Assembly: GCA_035256745.1 (NCBI GenBank)
Contig: DATEXQ010000062.1
Coordinates: forward strand, 1-42,128
DNA length: 42,128 nucleotides
Direction: 5' to 3'
Source: Patescibacteria group bacterium
GTDB lineage: Bacteria > Patescibacteriota > Microgenomatia > UBA8517
The notes under the pieces were generated by a model. That model saw nothing but the letters and a program-made list of their open reading frames with translations, was not told the origin of the DNA and did no database searches. The position numbers and the translations under genes are program-made. Below, one piece after another: positions 16,037-25,422 of the stretch; within the stretch, counting starts at the first letter, position 1, and each line of letters starts with the position of its first letter.

Positions 16037-18064
16037 CTAGTTTGAGTCAAAAGGCACATTATCCAGTTTTTTAATAAGCAAATTGAACTTCTTTCTATTA
16101 TTTAAAGCCTCTTCGGCTATGGTTTTGGTTTTTTTAATGAGTGTAATATCCTGCCAGGAGGCAATTTTAAGTTCTGGAAAACCGTGCTGTCTTAATCCGA
16201 AGATTTCCCCAGGACCTCTTAATTTAAGATCGATTTCCGCCAATTTAAAACCCGATTTTTCTTTTTGAAGAGCGTGAAGCCTTAAAGATGTTTTTTTAGA
16301 TAATTTTTCTGTAAACAAAAGACAATAGCTTTTCTTGGTTCCTCTCCCCACCCTTCCCCTTAATTGGTGGAGTTGAGCAAGACCAAATCGTTCTGATGCC
16401 TCTATAAGCATGATATTTGCATTAGGAATATCTATTCCAACTTCGACGACAGGTGTGGAAACCAATATCTGTATTTTTCTTTTTTTAAAATTTTGTATTA
16501 TTTGATTTTTCTCTATCATTTTCAATTTTCCGTGAAGAAGACCAACCTTGAAACCTTTAAATATTTTTTTAAGAGTCTCATATTCGGCTTTAACAGCTTT
16601 TACATCCTTCATGCTTTCTTTTTCCGACTCTTCAATTAAAGGACAAATTATAAATACTTGAATCTTGTCTTTTTCTATTTTTTCTTTTATCCATCCGTAA
16701 GCTTTATCTCTTTTAACAGGAGGTACTATCCAAGTGATTGTAGAAATTCTTCCTTTAGGAAGTTCGTCAAGAGTTGATAAATCAAGATCCTGATAAAAAG
16801 TTAATGCAACTGTTCTTGGAATTGGTGTTGCAGTCATGGTCAATACATGAGGGGCTACATTTTCGAATCTCATTTTTTTAATCAGTTGCGCCCGTTGTTC
16901 CACACCGAACCTGTGTTGTTCATCAATTACGACCAATGCTACATTGTCAAAACCCTCGTTTTTATGAAGAAGAGCGTGGGTTCCCACATATAAATCAACA
17001 TTTCCCTCGTCTTTTTTTATACCCTCGGATGTAACAAGAGCAATTCTTAATTTATAATCCCGGAAAAGATTTGTAAGGGTTAGAAAGTGTTGTTCGGCAA
17101 GAATTTGGGTAGGAGCCATTATTACGGATCTTTTTCCGTTTAAAAAACTTACAAAGGCGGCAACAGCAGCAACAACCGTTTTACCGCTACCAACATCTCC
17201 TTCTAAAAGTCTATTCATAGGAGTTGTTTTTTTTAAATCGGTCAAAATTTCTTCAACAGATCTTTTTTGAGAAGGCGTAAGGTCAAAAGGAAAAGAAGTT
17301 ATAAAATCGGTAATCTTATTCCTGTCTACTTTTAAGGGATACACGACTCTATTTTTCTGCCATTTACTTTTTCTGTATAAACTTGTCAGTTGGAAAAACA
17401 GAAGTTCATTTAAGGCGAGTCTTTTTTTTGCTTTTGAAGCATCATCAAATGTATCGGGGAAATGAATGTTTTTAATAGATGATTGATAATCTTGAAGTTT
17501 TTCTTTAGCAAGCAAACTTTCAGGCAAAAATTCATCAAAATCATCTTTAAGTATACTAAATGCACTTCTTATTCTGTTTCTAAGCCATTTGGAGGAAAGC
17601 CCTGATGTTTCCGGATAAATTGGAACCAAACCTTCGGTCGAAAGAACCTTGCTTCCTTCAATTATTTTCTCAAACTCGGGAGAAACAAAAGCTTTTACTC
17701 TTCCGAACCAACCAATCTCACCCGCTACCTGTAATTCTTCTCCTTTATGAATCGTTCTAACAAGATACGGCTGATTAAACCATATGAGAGTAATTTCACC
17801 TGTGACATCTTCGATTTTGGCAATTTGAATTTTCTTACCGCTTCTGGTGTATTGATTTTTAATGAAAGTCAAAATCCCCCTTACAACGTAAATATTACCT
17901 ACCCTGGTATTTTTTATTTTTTCCTTATTTCTATAATCCAAGTATCTACTGGGTACATGAAGAAGAAGTTCTTCAAGTGTGGTAATGTTTAATTTTTCTA
18001 ATTTTCTGGCGTAATAAGGACCAACAAAAGGGAGTTTTTCAACTTTATCTCGTAGTCTAATCAT
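16037..18064 (-). CDS. recG: ATP-dependent DNA helicase RecG
   Basis: N-terminal wedge/OB region, Walker A GDVGSGKT, DEQHRFG, TATPIPRT and QLRGRVGRG motifs. Confidence 0.92.
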   Translation of the reverse strand: MIRLRDKVEKLPFVGPYYARKLEKLNITTLEELLLHVPSRYLDYRNKEKIKNTRVGNIYVVRGILTFIKNQYTRSGKKIQIAKIEDVTGEITLIWFNQPYLVRTIHKGEELQVAGEIGWFGRVKAFVSPEFEKIIEGSKVLSTEGLVPIYPETSGLSSKWLRNRIRSAFSILKDDFDEFLPESLLAKEKLQDYQSSIKNIHFPDTFDDASKAKKRLALNELLFFQLTSLYRKSKWQKNRVVYPLKVDRNKITDFITSFPFDLTPSQKRSVEEILTDLKKTTPMNRLLEGDVGSGKTVVAAVAAFVSFLNGKRSVIMAPTQILAEQHFLTLTNLFRDYKLRIALVTSEGIKKDEGNVDLYVGTHALLHKNEGFDNVALVVIDEQHRFGVEQRAQLIKKMRFENVAPHVLTMTATPIPRTVALTFYQDLDLSTLDELPKGRISTITWIVPPVKRDKAYGWIKEKIEKDKIQVFIICPLIEESEKESMKDVKAVKAEYETLKKIFKGFKVGLLHGKLKMIEKNQIIQNFKKRKIQILVSTPVVEVGIDIPNANIMLIEASERFGLAQLHQLRGRVGRGTKKSYCLLFTEKLSKKTSLRLHALQKEKSGFKLAEIDLKLRGPGEIFGLRQHGFPELKIASWQDITLIKKTKTIAEEALNNRKKFNLLIKKLDNVPFDSN

Positions 18065-18089
18065 GAGTCTTTAAGAAAACTATAATATA

Positions 18090-18197
18090 TTACCTTAAAG
18101 AGGACAAAAAGGGTAAGAAAGAGGTAAGAAGCAAGCCCAGCATTGCAATAGCAATTATAACTGTAAATATTTTTCTTTGTTTTTTGGAAAGAAGCAT
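18090..18197 (-). CDS. Possible 35-aa single-TM micro-protein
   Basis: Hand translation gives MLLSKKQRKIFTVIIAIAMLGLLLTSFLPFLSSLR. It fills the tyrS-recG gap. There is no homology evidence. Confidence 0.25.
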   Translation of the reverse strand: MLLSKKQRKIFTVIIAIAMLGLLLTSFLPFLSSLR

Positions 18198-18200
18198 AGT

Positions 18201-19358
18201 TTATTTGACCTTTACGAATATCTTTTTACCCACTTTAATTCTATCACCGGATTTTATTATTTGTGTAGGGTTATTAATCGTTTGGTCATTAATTTTAACA
18301 GCACCATCTTTAATTAACCTTTTTGCCTTTGATGTCGAAGCGATTTCTTCTAATTGTGCAATTGTTTGGCTTATTGTTTGAAGGTTTTTTACTTCATTTG
18401 AAAAAGCGGGTTCTTTTTGTTGAAATGTTTTACTGAAATTATTTTCTGCATCTTTGGCTATATTTCCCCCCCAGAGAATTTTTACGATTTCAAATGCCAG
18501 TTTTTTCTTTTCTCCCATAGGATCTTTTTGAATTTTTTCATCCAATCCTTCTAGAGACTCTTCAGTTAATAGTTCGAATCCTAGTTTTATAGTGACATCG
18601 GGGAAAGACATTATTCCTGCGTAAAATAGATCGGGTGTGGAATCAAGAAAAAGAGCGTTTCCTGATGTCTTTCCAACTTTTTCTCCCTTGCTGTCGACCA
18701 AAAGTTTGGTTGCCAATACGAATTTTTCTTTATTTTTAATTGCTTTCATTAAGGTTCTTCCGGTAAGCATATTAAATATCTGATCGCTTCCCCCAATTTC
18801 TAAATCTACGTTCATTTCAACACAGTCAACTGCTTGGGCAACAGGATATAAAAATTCGTGCAGGTGTATTGGTTTATTTTCTTTTAGACGCTTTTGAAAC
18901 ATATCACGCTCAAGCATTTGTTGAACTGTAAAATTTGAAGTAATTTCAATTAAATCCTTGAAAGTTATTTTATCGTTCCATTTGCTGTTAAATTCAAAGT
19001 GTGCGGGATTTTTACCCTCAAAATCAATAACCTTACCCGCCTGTTCTTTCCATAATTTTGCATTGTGCAAAACATCCCCCCTGTTTAATTTTTTTCTGGT
19101 TGCGAGTTTATCGGTAGGATCTCCTATCATGCCTGTAAAATCCCCTACCAGGAAAATTACTTCATGACCCAATTTTTGGAATTGCCTTAATTTCATCAAA
19201 CCCACAAAGTTACCCAAATGAAGGCTTGACATTGAAGGATCGAAACCTTGATACAATTTTATTTTTTTCTTTGCCATTAAGGATGCCAGACCTTCTTTTG
19301 AAGGATAAATCTTTTCTATACCTCTTGATAAAACCTGGTCGATATCTATATTTGCCAT
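18201..19358 (-). CDS. tyrS: Tyrosine--tRNA ligase
   Basis: HIGH-type HLGN, TyrRS KFGKT-type KVGKTSG, and a C-terminal S4-like domain (RLIKDGAVKINDQ). Confidence 0.9.
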   Translation of the reverse strand: MANIDIDQVLSRGIEKIYPSKEGLASLMAKKKIKLYQGFDPSMSSLHLGNFVGLMKLRQFQKLGHEVIFLVGDFTGMIGDPTDKLATRKKLNRGDVLHNAKLWKEQAGKVIDFEGKNPAHFEFNSKWNDKITFKDLIEITSNFTVQQMLERDMFQKRLKENKPIHLHEFLYPVAQAVDCVEMNVDLEIGGSDQIFNMLTGRTLMKAIKNKEKFVLATKLLVDSKGEKVGKTSGNALFLDSTPDLFYAGIMSFPDVTIKLGFELLTEESLEGLDEKIQKDPMGEKKKLAFEIVKILWGGNIAKDAENNFSKTFQQKEPAFSNEVKNLQTISQTIAQLEEIASTSKAKRLIKDGAVKINDQTINNPTQIIKSGDRIKVGKKIFVKVK

Positions 19359-19399
19359 AACATATATTATTTTATTCTCTTAGGCTATATTCGTCAAAG

Positions 19400-21241
19400 T
19401 TAATATATAAGTATTTTTTCAAATCGAGAATCTGACTTAAGTTTATTAAATAAATCGTTTATTTCTTTTTCTTTGGGTCTTTCTGTTAATAACCTAAGTT
19501 TGAAAGATTCACCGTTTTTTATGTGCTTTATAACCAGTATGTTTGATTTTATCAAAAATGTAAGAGCATTCAGTATATGGGGTTGATCCTTACCTTCTAC
19601 CTCGATGGTGGATACATTCATTTTATGTTTTGTTATTCCTTTATCGTTAAGCCAGGAAACAACTTCATTTTCACTTTCTCCCAAGCCCATTAAGCGATAA
19701 ATATTTTTTAAAGTACTTGTGGTCGTACCTTTAAGTTTTCCGGATTCAACTAAATCTTCAAGATATAAAATTCCCCTTACTTGTAAAATTTCCCTTAATT
19801 TTTCTTTTCCTTGATCGATCAATTTGGAATCGGCTTGTTCTTCCAATTGGCGTTCAATAATTTTCTTGGTTTGAGGGAGACAAAAATTAAGCAAAATAGG
19901 ATCAGGAGCCATTCTTTCTTCGCGTGGGACAACGATCTTTACCAAGGAGGCATTTGGAATAACGTAAGAAAGTGATTTAAACTCATTATCAATTGTCACA
20001 CTGTCAATACTTGCGGCTTCTTGGGAGTTTACAGAATAAAGCCAGTCAATAACTGTTGCATTTCTGGGTAAATATCTAACTTTGCCGTCTTCGGAAAATA
20101 CCAATTTTAATTTATAATCATCAAGCTTTTTCTCTCCTTTTCTTATTAAACTTACTACTCCCCAATTATTAAAATCTTCCATGTCTTTGGTTGCAACGGC
20201 AATTTCTACCGCTCCACCGACCGAGTTAATGGTCATTTGTAGAGCCTGGTAATTATTTGTCGGAGGATCTGATATAAATTCATCAAAGCGGGAAAAATCC
20301 ATAATTTTTTCTTTTCTTCCAAAAAAATCATTTAAAATCCCCAGGACTTTATAACATTCTAGTTTGCTTTTTACGGTAATTCGATAATTTACCAAATCAT
20401 TAATATTGCTGATTCTGAAATTCGGCTTACCTGAAAGAACTGTATCTTGAATTTTTTGTATAGTTGCATAAGAACTGTTTATTCGAAAGGAAACCTGAGC
20501 GTCAATTGAACTTTCATTCAATAATCTGGTAATTGTAGAGGAAATGTAAGTGATGGTTTGTTTATTTAAACGGGGATCGCTTTTAATTAAAGTTTCCATA
20601 TCATGATATTCCTTTGAATTAATATGCTCATATGATAAATCCTCCAATTCTCTTTTAACCATCCACATTCCCAAAGCCTCGGCTAAAGGAACGTAAGCAT
20701 CTAGGGTTTCTTGTGCCTTTGGTTTTATTTTTTCAGTCGGGACACAGTTAAGAGTTCTGCTGTTGTGAAGTCTGTCACCCAGTTTAAGAATACCTACAAT
20801 TTCATTAACATAGTGCCAGGAGAAAATTTTGCGAAGGGTTTGTTTATCAATTTGTATTTTTTGTTCCTTTTCTTCATCCGGGTCTAAAGGTTTATCATGG
20901 GAAATATCATACGGTTCAAATTGTGAAACACCGTCTACGATAAATGAAACATTCGTACCAAATAATTCAGTAATTTCTTCAAGCGAAACTTTGGAGTCTT
21001 CTACTGCATCATGAAGATATGCGGAACATATTAAATCTTCATTATGAATTCCCCACTCCTCATAAATTATTCTAGCCACTTCTTTTGGATGCTCTATATA
21101 GGCTTCTCCGGAAAAGCGAAACTTTCCTTCATGACATTTTTCCGCTAGCTTCAAAGCTAATGTGGCTTTTTTACTCTGTAGAAGAAATTCAGAGAGTTTT
21201 TCGGGATTTTCGGTTTTCTCCTGAATTCTTTCGATATCCAT
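19400..21241 (-). CDS. Long RelA/SpoT homolog with HD hydrolase, a degenerate synthetase-like domain, TGS and an ACT-like C-terminus
   Basis: Hydrolase motifs are present: SGEAYIEHPKEVA, YLHDAVEDS and GDRLHNSRTL. The synthetase-domain scaffold is recognisable (DLVNYRITV, ECY, NNYQALQM, EIAVAT). Confidence 0.85.
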   Translation of the reverse strand: MDIERIQEKTENPEKLSEFLLQSKKATLALKLAEKCHEGKFRFSGEAYIEHPKEVARIIYEEWGIHNEDLICSAYLHDAVEDSKVSLEEITELFGTNVSFIVDGVSQFEPYDISHDKPLDPDEEKEQKIQIDKQTLRKIFSWHYVNEIVGILKLGDRLHNSRTLNCVPTEKIKPKAQETLDAYVPLAEALGMWMVKRELEDLSYEHINSKEYHDMETLIKSDPRLNKQTITYISSTITRLLNESSIDAQVSFRINSSYATIQKIQDTVLSGKPNFRISNINDLVNYRITVKSKLECYKVLGILNDFFGRKEKIMDFSRFDEFISDPPTNNYQALQMTINSVGGAVEIAVATKDMEDFNNWGVVSLIRKGEKKLDDYKLKLVFSEDGKVRYLPRNATVIDWLYSVNSQEAASIDSVTIDNEFKSLSYVIPNASLVKIVVPREERMAPDPILLNFCLPQTKKIIERQLEEQADSKLIDQGKEKLREILQVRGILYLEDLVESGKLKGTTTSTLKNIYRLMGLGESENEVVSWLNDKGITKHKMNVSTIEVEGKDQPHILNALTFLIKSNILVIKHIKNGESFKLRLLTERPKEKEINDLFNKLKSDSRFEKILIY

Positions 21242-21296
21242 ATTAAGAAGCTATTTTATGCTTAAATTGGTTATTGGTCAAAACTAGTTAAACCTG

Positions 21297-21325
21297 TTGA
21301 CAATTTATTGCTTCTGCAAGAGAAT
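21297..21325 (+). promoter_or_regulatory. Candidate trpS promoter
   Basis: TTGACA at 21297-21302, a 17-nt spacer, then GAGAAT at 21320-21325, about 17 nt before the ATG at 21342. Confidence 0.35.
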
Positions 21326-21341
21326 CAAAGATGTAACTTAT

Positions 21342-22364
21342 ATGACAAAAAGAGTCTTAACAGGTGTTAGAACAACAGGACCTTTGCATTTAGGGCATTA
21401 TATTGGTGCATTAAAACAATGGATAGACATTCAAAACTCGGGAAAATACGAATGTTTCTTTCTTTTAGCAGATGTTCAAGCCTTGACAACACATTCGGAT
21501 AAACCCGAACTTTTAGAAACATCAGTCAGAGACGTAGTTTTAGATTGGCTTTCTGTCGGATTGGATCCTGAAAAACAGGGTATCCATTTTGTTCTTCAAA
21601 GCCAAGTTCCGGAAAGATATGAACTATCGGTGCTTCTTTCTATGATAGCAGGATATGGCGAAGTTATGAGAAATCCGACCTTGAAAGATGAATTGAAGAA
21701 TCAAAAAACCGCAACCATAGGTTTTATGACATATCCTATTGACCAGGCAGCAGATATCTATATGATATCCCCTACTCCTCCTAAAAAAGGAGATGAAGTT
21801 CTGGTTCCGGTTGGAGATGACCAAGTTCCCCACCTTGAATATGCCAGAGTTTTAGCCAGGCGCTTTAACCAAAAATACGGTGAGGTTTTTGTTCCCTGTC
21901 AAGCTCTGACCGGAAGTGTCGGAAGATTGGTGGGAATAGACGGAGGATTAAAAATGTCAAAGAGTTTGGATAATGCAATATATTTATCCGACGACAAAAA
22001 TACAGTTAGAGAAAAAGTTATGAGAATGTTTACAGATCCCAAAAGGATAAGTGCAGATATTCCCGGAGATGTAGTAAATAATCCAGTTTTCATTTATCAT
22101 CAGGCATTTAATAAGGATAAGAAAGAGATTGAAGATTTAACCAGCCGTTATCAAAAAGGGAAGGTGGGAGATGTTGAAGTGAAACAAAAGCTTATCAAAG
22201 TTATAAATGAATTCTTGGATCCAATCAGGGAAAGAAGAAGAAAATATGAAAAAAACGATATAGGGGAAATTCTAACCGAGGGAACTAAAATTGCCAGGGA
22301 GGCTTGTATTCCGGTTGTAGAAAGCGCAAAAGAAAAAATGCACCTTGTATATCCTCGAAAATAA
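21342..22364 (+). CDS. trpS: Tryptophan--tRNA ligase
   Basis: HLGHY (HIGH) and an exact KMSKS motif. I use the ATG at 21342 (MTKRVLTG). The track's TTG at 21297 coincides with the -35 hexamer. Confidence 0.92.
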   Translation: MTKRVLTGVRTTGPLHLGHYIGALKQWIDIQNSGKYECFFLLADVQALTTHSDKPELLETSVRDVVLDWLSVGLDPEKQGIHFVLQSQVPERYELSVLLSMIAGYGEVMRNPTLKDELKNQKTATIGFMTYPIDQAADIYMISPTPPKKGDEVLVPVGDDQVPHLEYARVLARRFNQKYGEVFVPCQALTGSVGRLVGIDGGLKMSKSLDNAIYLSDDKNTVREKVMRMFTDPKRISADIPGDVVNNPVFIYHQAFNKDKKEIEDLTSRYQKGKVGDVEVKQKLIKVINEFLDPIRERRRKYEKNDIGEILTEGTKIAREACIPVVESAKEKMHLVYPRK

Positions 22365-22387
22365 CTTAATTTTTGCTAAAATAAGAC

Positions 22388-24997
22388 ATGGCTTACTGGA
22401 GAGATAGTTTCATAAGAAGAAGAAGATACCAATCGTCGCGTAATGTTTCTAGTAATCTTTCTAAAAGTAGAAAATTTGTAGCAATAGCAAAACTTGCATT
22501 TATTGGAGTTATTATTCTTTTTTTGGGGTCTTTTATAATCTTTCCGTTGTTTGCTTTTAACCTTCCGTCACCTGATAAAATTGTGAGGAAAGAAGGCTAC
22601 TCCACCAAAATATTAGATCGAAACGGTGAGATTTTATATGATATTTATGTAGATCAAAGAAGAACCCCGGTTGCCGTAAATGATATACCTTTATATTTAA
22701 GACAAGCAACAATAGCAATTGAAGACAAAAATTTTTACAAACATCAGGGATTTGATCCTTTAGGCATAATAAGGGGATTTACCAAGTTAATTACAAGAGG
22801 TAGAGCTCAAGGTGGATCTACTCTAACCCAACAGCTTGTAAAAAATGTACTTTTAAGTTCAGAGAGAACCGTATTTAGGAAGATTAGGGAATTTATACTG
22901 GCAATTCAAATAGAAAGAAAATACACAAAAGACGAAATTTTACAGATGTACCTTAACGAAGCACCATACGGAGGAACTGCTTGGGGAATTGAAGCGGCTT
23001 CGGAAGTTTATTTCGGTAAAAAAGTTAAGGATTTGACTTTAATAGAATCGGTTATTTTGGCAGGAATGCCACAAAAGCCTTCAAGTTATTCCCCCTACTC
23101 CTCGACACCCAAAGCGTATATAAGAAGAAGCGAGGATGTATTAAGAAGAATGCGCGAAGATGGATTTATAACCAAAGGAGTTGAAGAAAAAACTTCAAAA
23201 GAACTTCCCAATGTCCAGTTTCAGGAAAGAGGGGCTTCATTTAAGGCTCCACATTTTGTTCAATATGTCCAAAAGATTTTGGAAGAGAGATATGGAGAGA
23301 AAGTAGTCGAACAGGGAGGCTTGAAAGTTACAACCACTCTTGATTTGAAGTTGCAGGAAAAAGCACAGGATATTGTTAAAGAAGAAATAGAAAAGGTTGA
23401 AAATATTCATATTACAAACGGGGCTGCTATCGTTTTAAATCCCGAAACGGGTGAAATTTTGGCAATGGTGGGATCAAAGAATTTCAACGATCCAAATTAC
23501 GACGGACAGGTAAACGTAACAACGTCACTTAGGCAACCCGGTTCTGCAATCAAGCCTTTTACTTACGTAACTGCTTTTAAGAAAGGTTATAACGCATCAA
23601 CTTTAATTATGGATGTACCCACTCAGTTTCCGGGGGGAGAGGGAAAACCTCCTTACGAACCGGTTAATTATGACGGCAAATACAGAGGTCCTATACAGGT
23701 AAGGTATGCACTTGCAAACTCTATTAACGTAGTTGCCGTTAAAATGCTTGCTATGGTAGGTATTAAGGATGTATTGGAAACTGCCTACGATATGGGTATA
23801 ACAACCCTTCCTCCTACCCAAGATACTTTAAGAAGAGTCGGATTGTCGTTAACTTTAGGCGGCGGAGAGGTTAAACTTTTGGATTTAACGGCTGGGTATT
23901 CAGCCTTTTTAAACGGGGGTTCTAGGGTTGATCCTATTGGAATATTAAAAGTTGAAGATGCAGATGGTAAAGTTTTAGAAGAAAATAAACCACAAAAGGA
24001 AAAAAGAGTAATAAGCGAAGAACAAGCATATTTAATAGTAGACATCTTGTCTGATAATGCCGCGAGATCTGCAGTTTTCGGTACCAATTCACTTTTAAAT
24101 ATTCCAGGCAAAAAAATCGCGGTTAAAACCGGAACAACCAATGACAGAAGAGATAATTGGACTGTCGGGGGAAATAAATTGGCAATAACAGGTGTATGGG
24201 TTGGAAATAATGACAATTCGGAGATGAAACAGGTTGCCTCAGGGGTTTCCGGAGCATCTCCTATTTGGAGAAGAATTTTATTGGAGGCGTTATCGGGAAA
24301 ACCAAATATAGGTTTTGAAACACCGGGTGGTATTGTAACGGCAGATGTAGATTCTGTTTCGGGTTACAGAGCACATGATGGTTTTCCATCAAGAAACGAA
24401 ATATTTATTAAAGGTACAGAACCGGGAGAAGACCCTATACATATGATGGTGGCAATATGCAAAAGCGACGGAAAGCTTGCAACCCCTGGAGATATTGCAA
24501 GTGGAAATTATGAGAAAAAAGAATATTTCCTTTTTAAGGAGGAGGATCCAACAGCAGGAGCAGGAGAAAATAAATGGCAAAAAGGCATTTTAGATTGGCT
24601 TTCAACACAAGGCGATGCCAGATATCATCCGCCTACGGAATATTGCGGAACAGGAAGTCCGGTAAGCGTTGGTTTTCGGGAACCTCAAGACAGAGCCTCC
24701 AACCTTCCAAATCAATTTACTGTTAAAATGAGTGCAGATTCTACAGCTGACATTACGCAGCTAGATTTTTATGTAGATGATATAAAGATAAGAGGTTTTA
24801 CGTCTCCACCTTACGAAACCCAGGTAGATTTAACAACAGGTGTCCATAAACTGAAAGTAAAAGCCAAAGATTTAAATAACAAAGAAGCGGAAAGTACAAT
24901 TGCTGTAGGTGTAGGAGTTCCTTGGGATTATACTCCTCCTACTCCTGTTCCTACCTCCACTCCCACTCCCACTTCTCTACCGACTATTAGTCCATAA
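22388..24997 (+). CDS. Class A penicillin-binding protein (GT51 transglycosylase plus transpeptidase) with a C-terminal Ig-like domain and P/T tail
   Basis: N-terminal TM segment. GT51 motifs EDKNFYKHQGFD, GGSTLTQQ and RKIREF. Transpeptidase motifs SAIK, SIN and KTGT. The tail is PPTPVPTSTPTPTSLPTISP. Confidence 0.92.
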   Translation: MAYWRDSFIRRRRYQSSRNVSSNLSKSRKFVAIAKLAFIGVIILFLGSFIIFPLFAFNLPSPDKIVRKEGYSTKILDRNGEILYDIYVDQRRTPVAVNDIPLYLRQATIAIEDKNFYKHQGFDPLGIIRGFTKLITRGRAQGGSTLTQQLVKNVLLSSERTVFRKIREFILAIQIERKYTKDEILQMYLNEAPYGGTAWGIEAASEVYFGKKVKDLTLIESVILAGMPQKPSSYSPYSSTPKAYIRRSEDVLRRMREDGFITKGVEEKTSKELPNVQFQERGASFKAPHFVQYVQKILEERYGEKVVEQGGLKVTTTLDLKLQEKAQDIVKEEIEKVENIHITNGAAIVLNPETGEILAMVGSKNFNDPNYDGQVNVTTSLRQPGSAIKPFTYVTAFKKGYNASTLIMDVPTQFPGGEGKPPYEPVNYDGKYRGPIQVRYALANSINVVAVKMLAMVGIKDVLETAYDMGITTLPPTQDTLRRVGLSLTLGGGEVKLLDLTAGYSAFLNGGSRVDPIGILKVEDADGKVLEENKPQKEKRVISEEQAYLIVDILSDNAARSAVFGTNSLLNIPGKKIAVKTGTTNDRRDNWTVGGNKLAITGVWVGNNDNSEMKQVASGVSGASPIWRRILLEALSGKPNIGFETPGGIVTADVDSVSGYRAHDGFPSRNEIFIKGTEPGEDPIHMMVAICKSDGKLATPGDIASGNYEKKEYFLFKEEDPTAGAGENKWQKGILDWLSTQGDARYHPPTEYCGTGSPVSVGFREPQDRASNLPNQFTVKMSADSTADITQLDFYVDDIKIRGFTSPPYETQVDLTTGVHKLKVKAKDLNNKEAESTIAVGVGVPWDYTPPTPVPTSTPTPTSLPTISP

Positions 24998-25018
24998 ATA
25001 GTCTGATTTTGCTGTTTG

Positions 25019-25027
25019 TGATATAAT
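25019..25027 (+). promoter_or_regulatory. Extended -10 promoter element (TGaTATAAT)
   Basis: tgatataat at 25019-25027, 27 nt before the ATG at 25054. Confidence 0.45.
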
Positions 25028-25053
25028 TTCTCAAAATATTTCTTTTATATCTT

Positions 25054-25371
25054 ATGCCTGTAGAATCGGAAACAAGTTCAGAAAAACCTCATAGAGAAGA
25101 TAGGATTGGTAAGGTCAGGGGTTGGGGAGATATGAGGCATATTTTAGATTCTAAAATATGCCCAGATAATGAAAGGTTCTTGCATGTTTATTTTAGGTCC
25201 CAATTATTTATTGCAGAAGGAAAACCCACAAAAGCCAAACGGCTTTTTAACTTGTTAAGTCACTGGACGGGATTTGACAAATTTGAAGAGAACCCAAAAA
25301 ATCAAGAAGCTCTTTCTTTAATCGATTTGGCAGTTAGAGGTGATACCAATCGTAGGGTGACTGGGTCTTGA
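25054..25371 (+). CDS. Hypothetical protein (orphan, 105 aa)
   Basis: An ORF with its own extended -10 element. I recognise no motifs. Confidence 0.45.
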   Translation: MPVESETSSEKPHREDRIGKVRGWGDMRHILDSKICPDNERFLHVYFRSQLFIAEGKPTKAKRLFNLLSHWTGFDKFEENPKNQEALSLIDLAVRGDTNRRVTGS

Positions 25372-25422
25372 TAAATTCTACTTTCCACCTAAGGGGTGAA
25401 AAATATAGGCCACCTAGGGTTT

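Noticed and set aside
23785-24216. A 143-aa antisense ORF inside the PBP gene. Similar shadows occur inside recG, tyrS, RSH, pheT, pheS, thrS and the epimerase gene.
   Set aside because: They overlap well-supported housekeeping genes on the opposite strand and have no motifs or start signals.
25385-25419. Direct repeat CCACCTAAGGGG / CCACCTAGGG between the convergent ORF 25054..25371 and pheT, considered as a possible terminator or repeat element.
   Set aside because: Only a weak 4-bp hairpin can form (CACC..GGTG), there is no U-tract, and the repeat has just two short copies.
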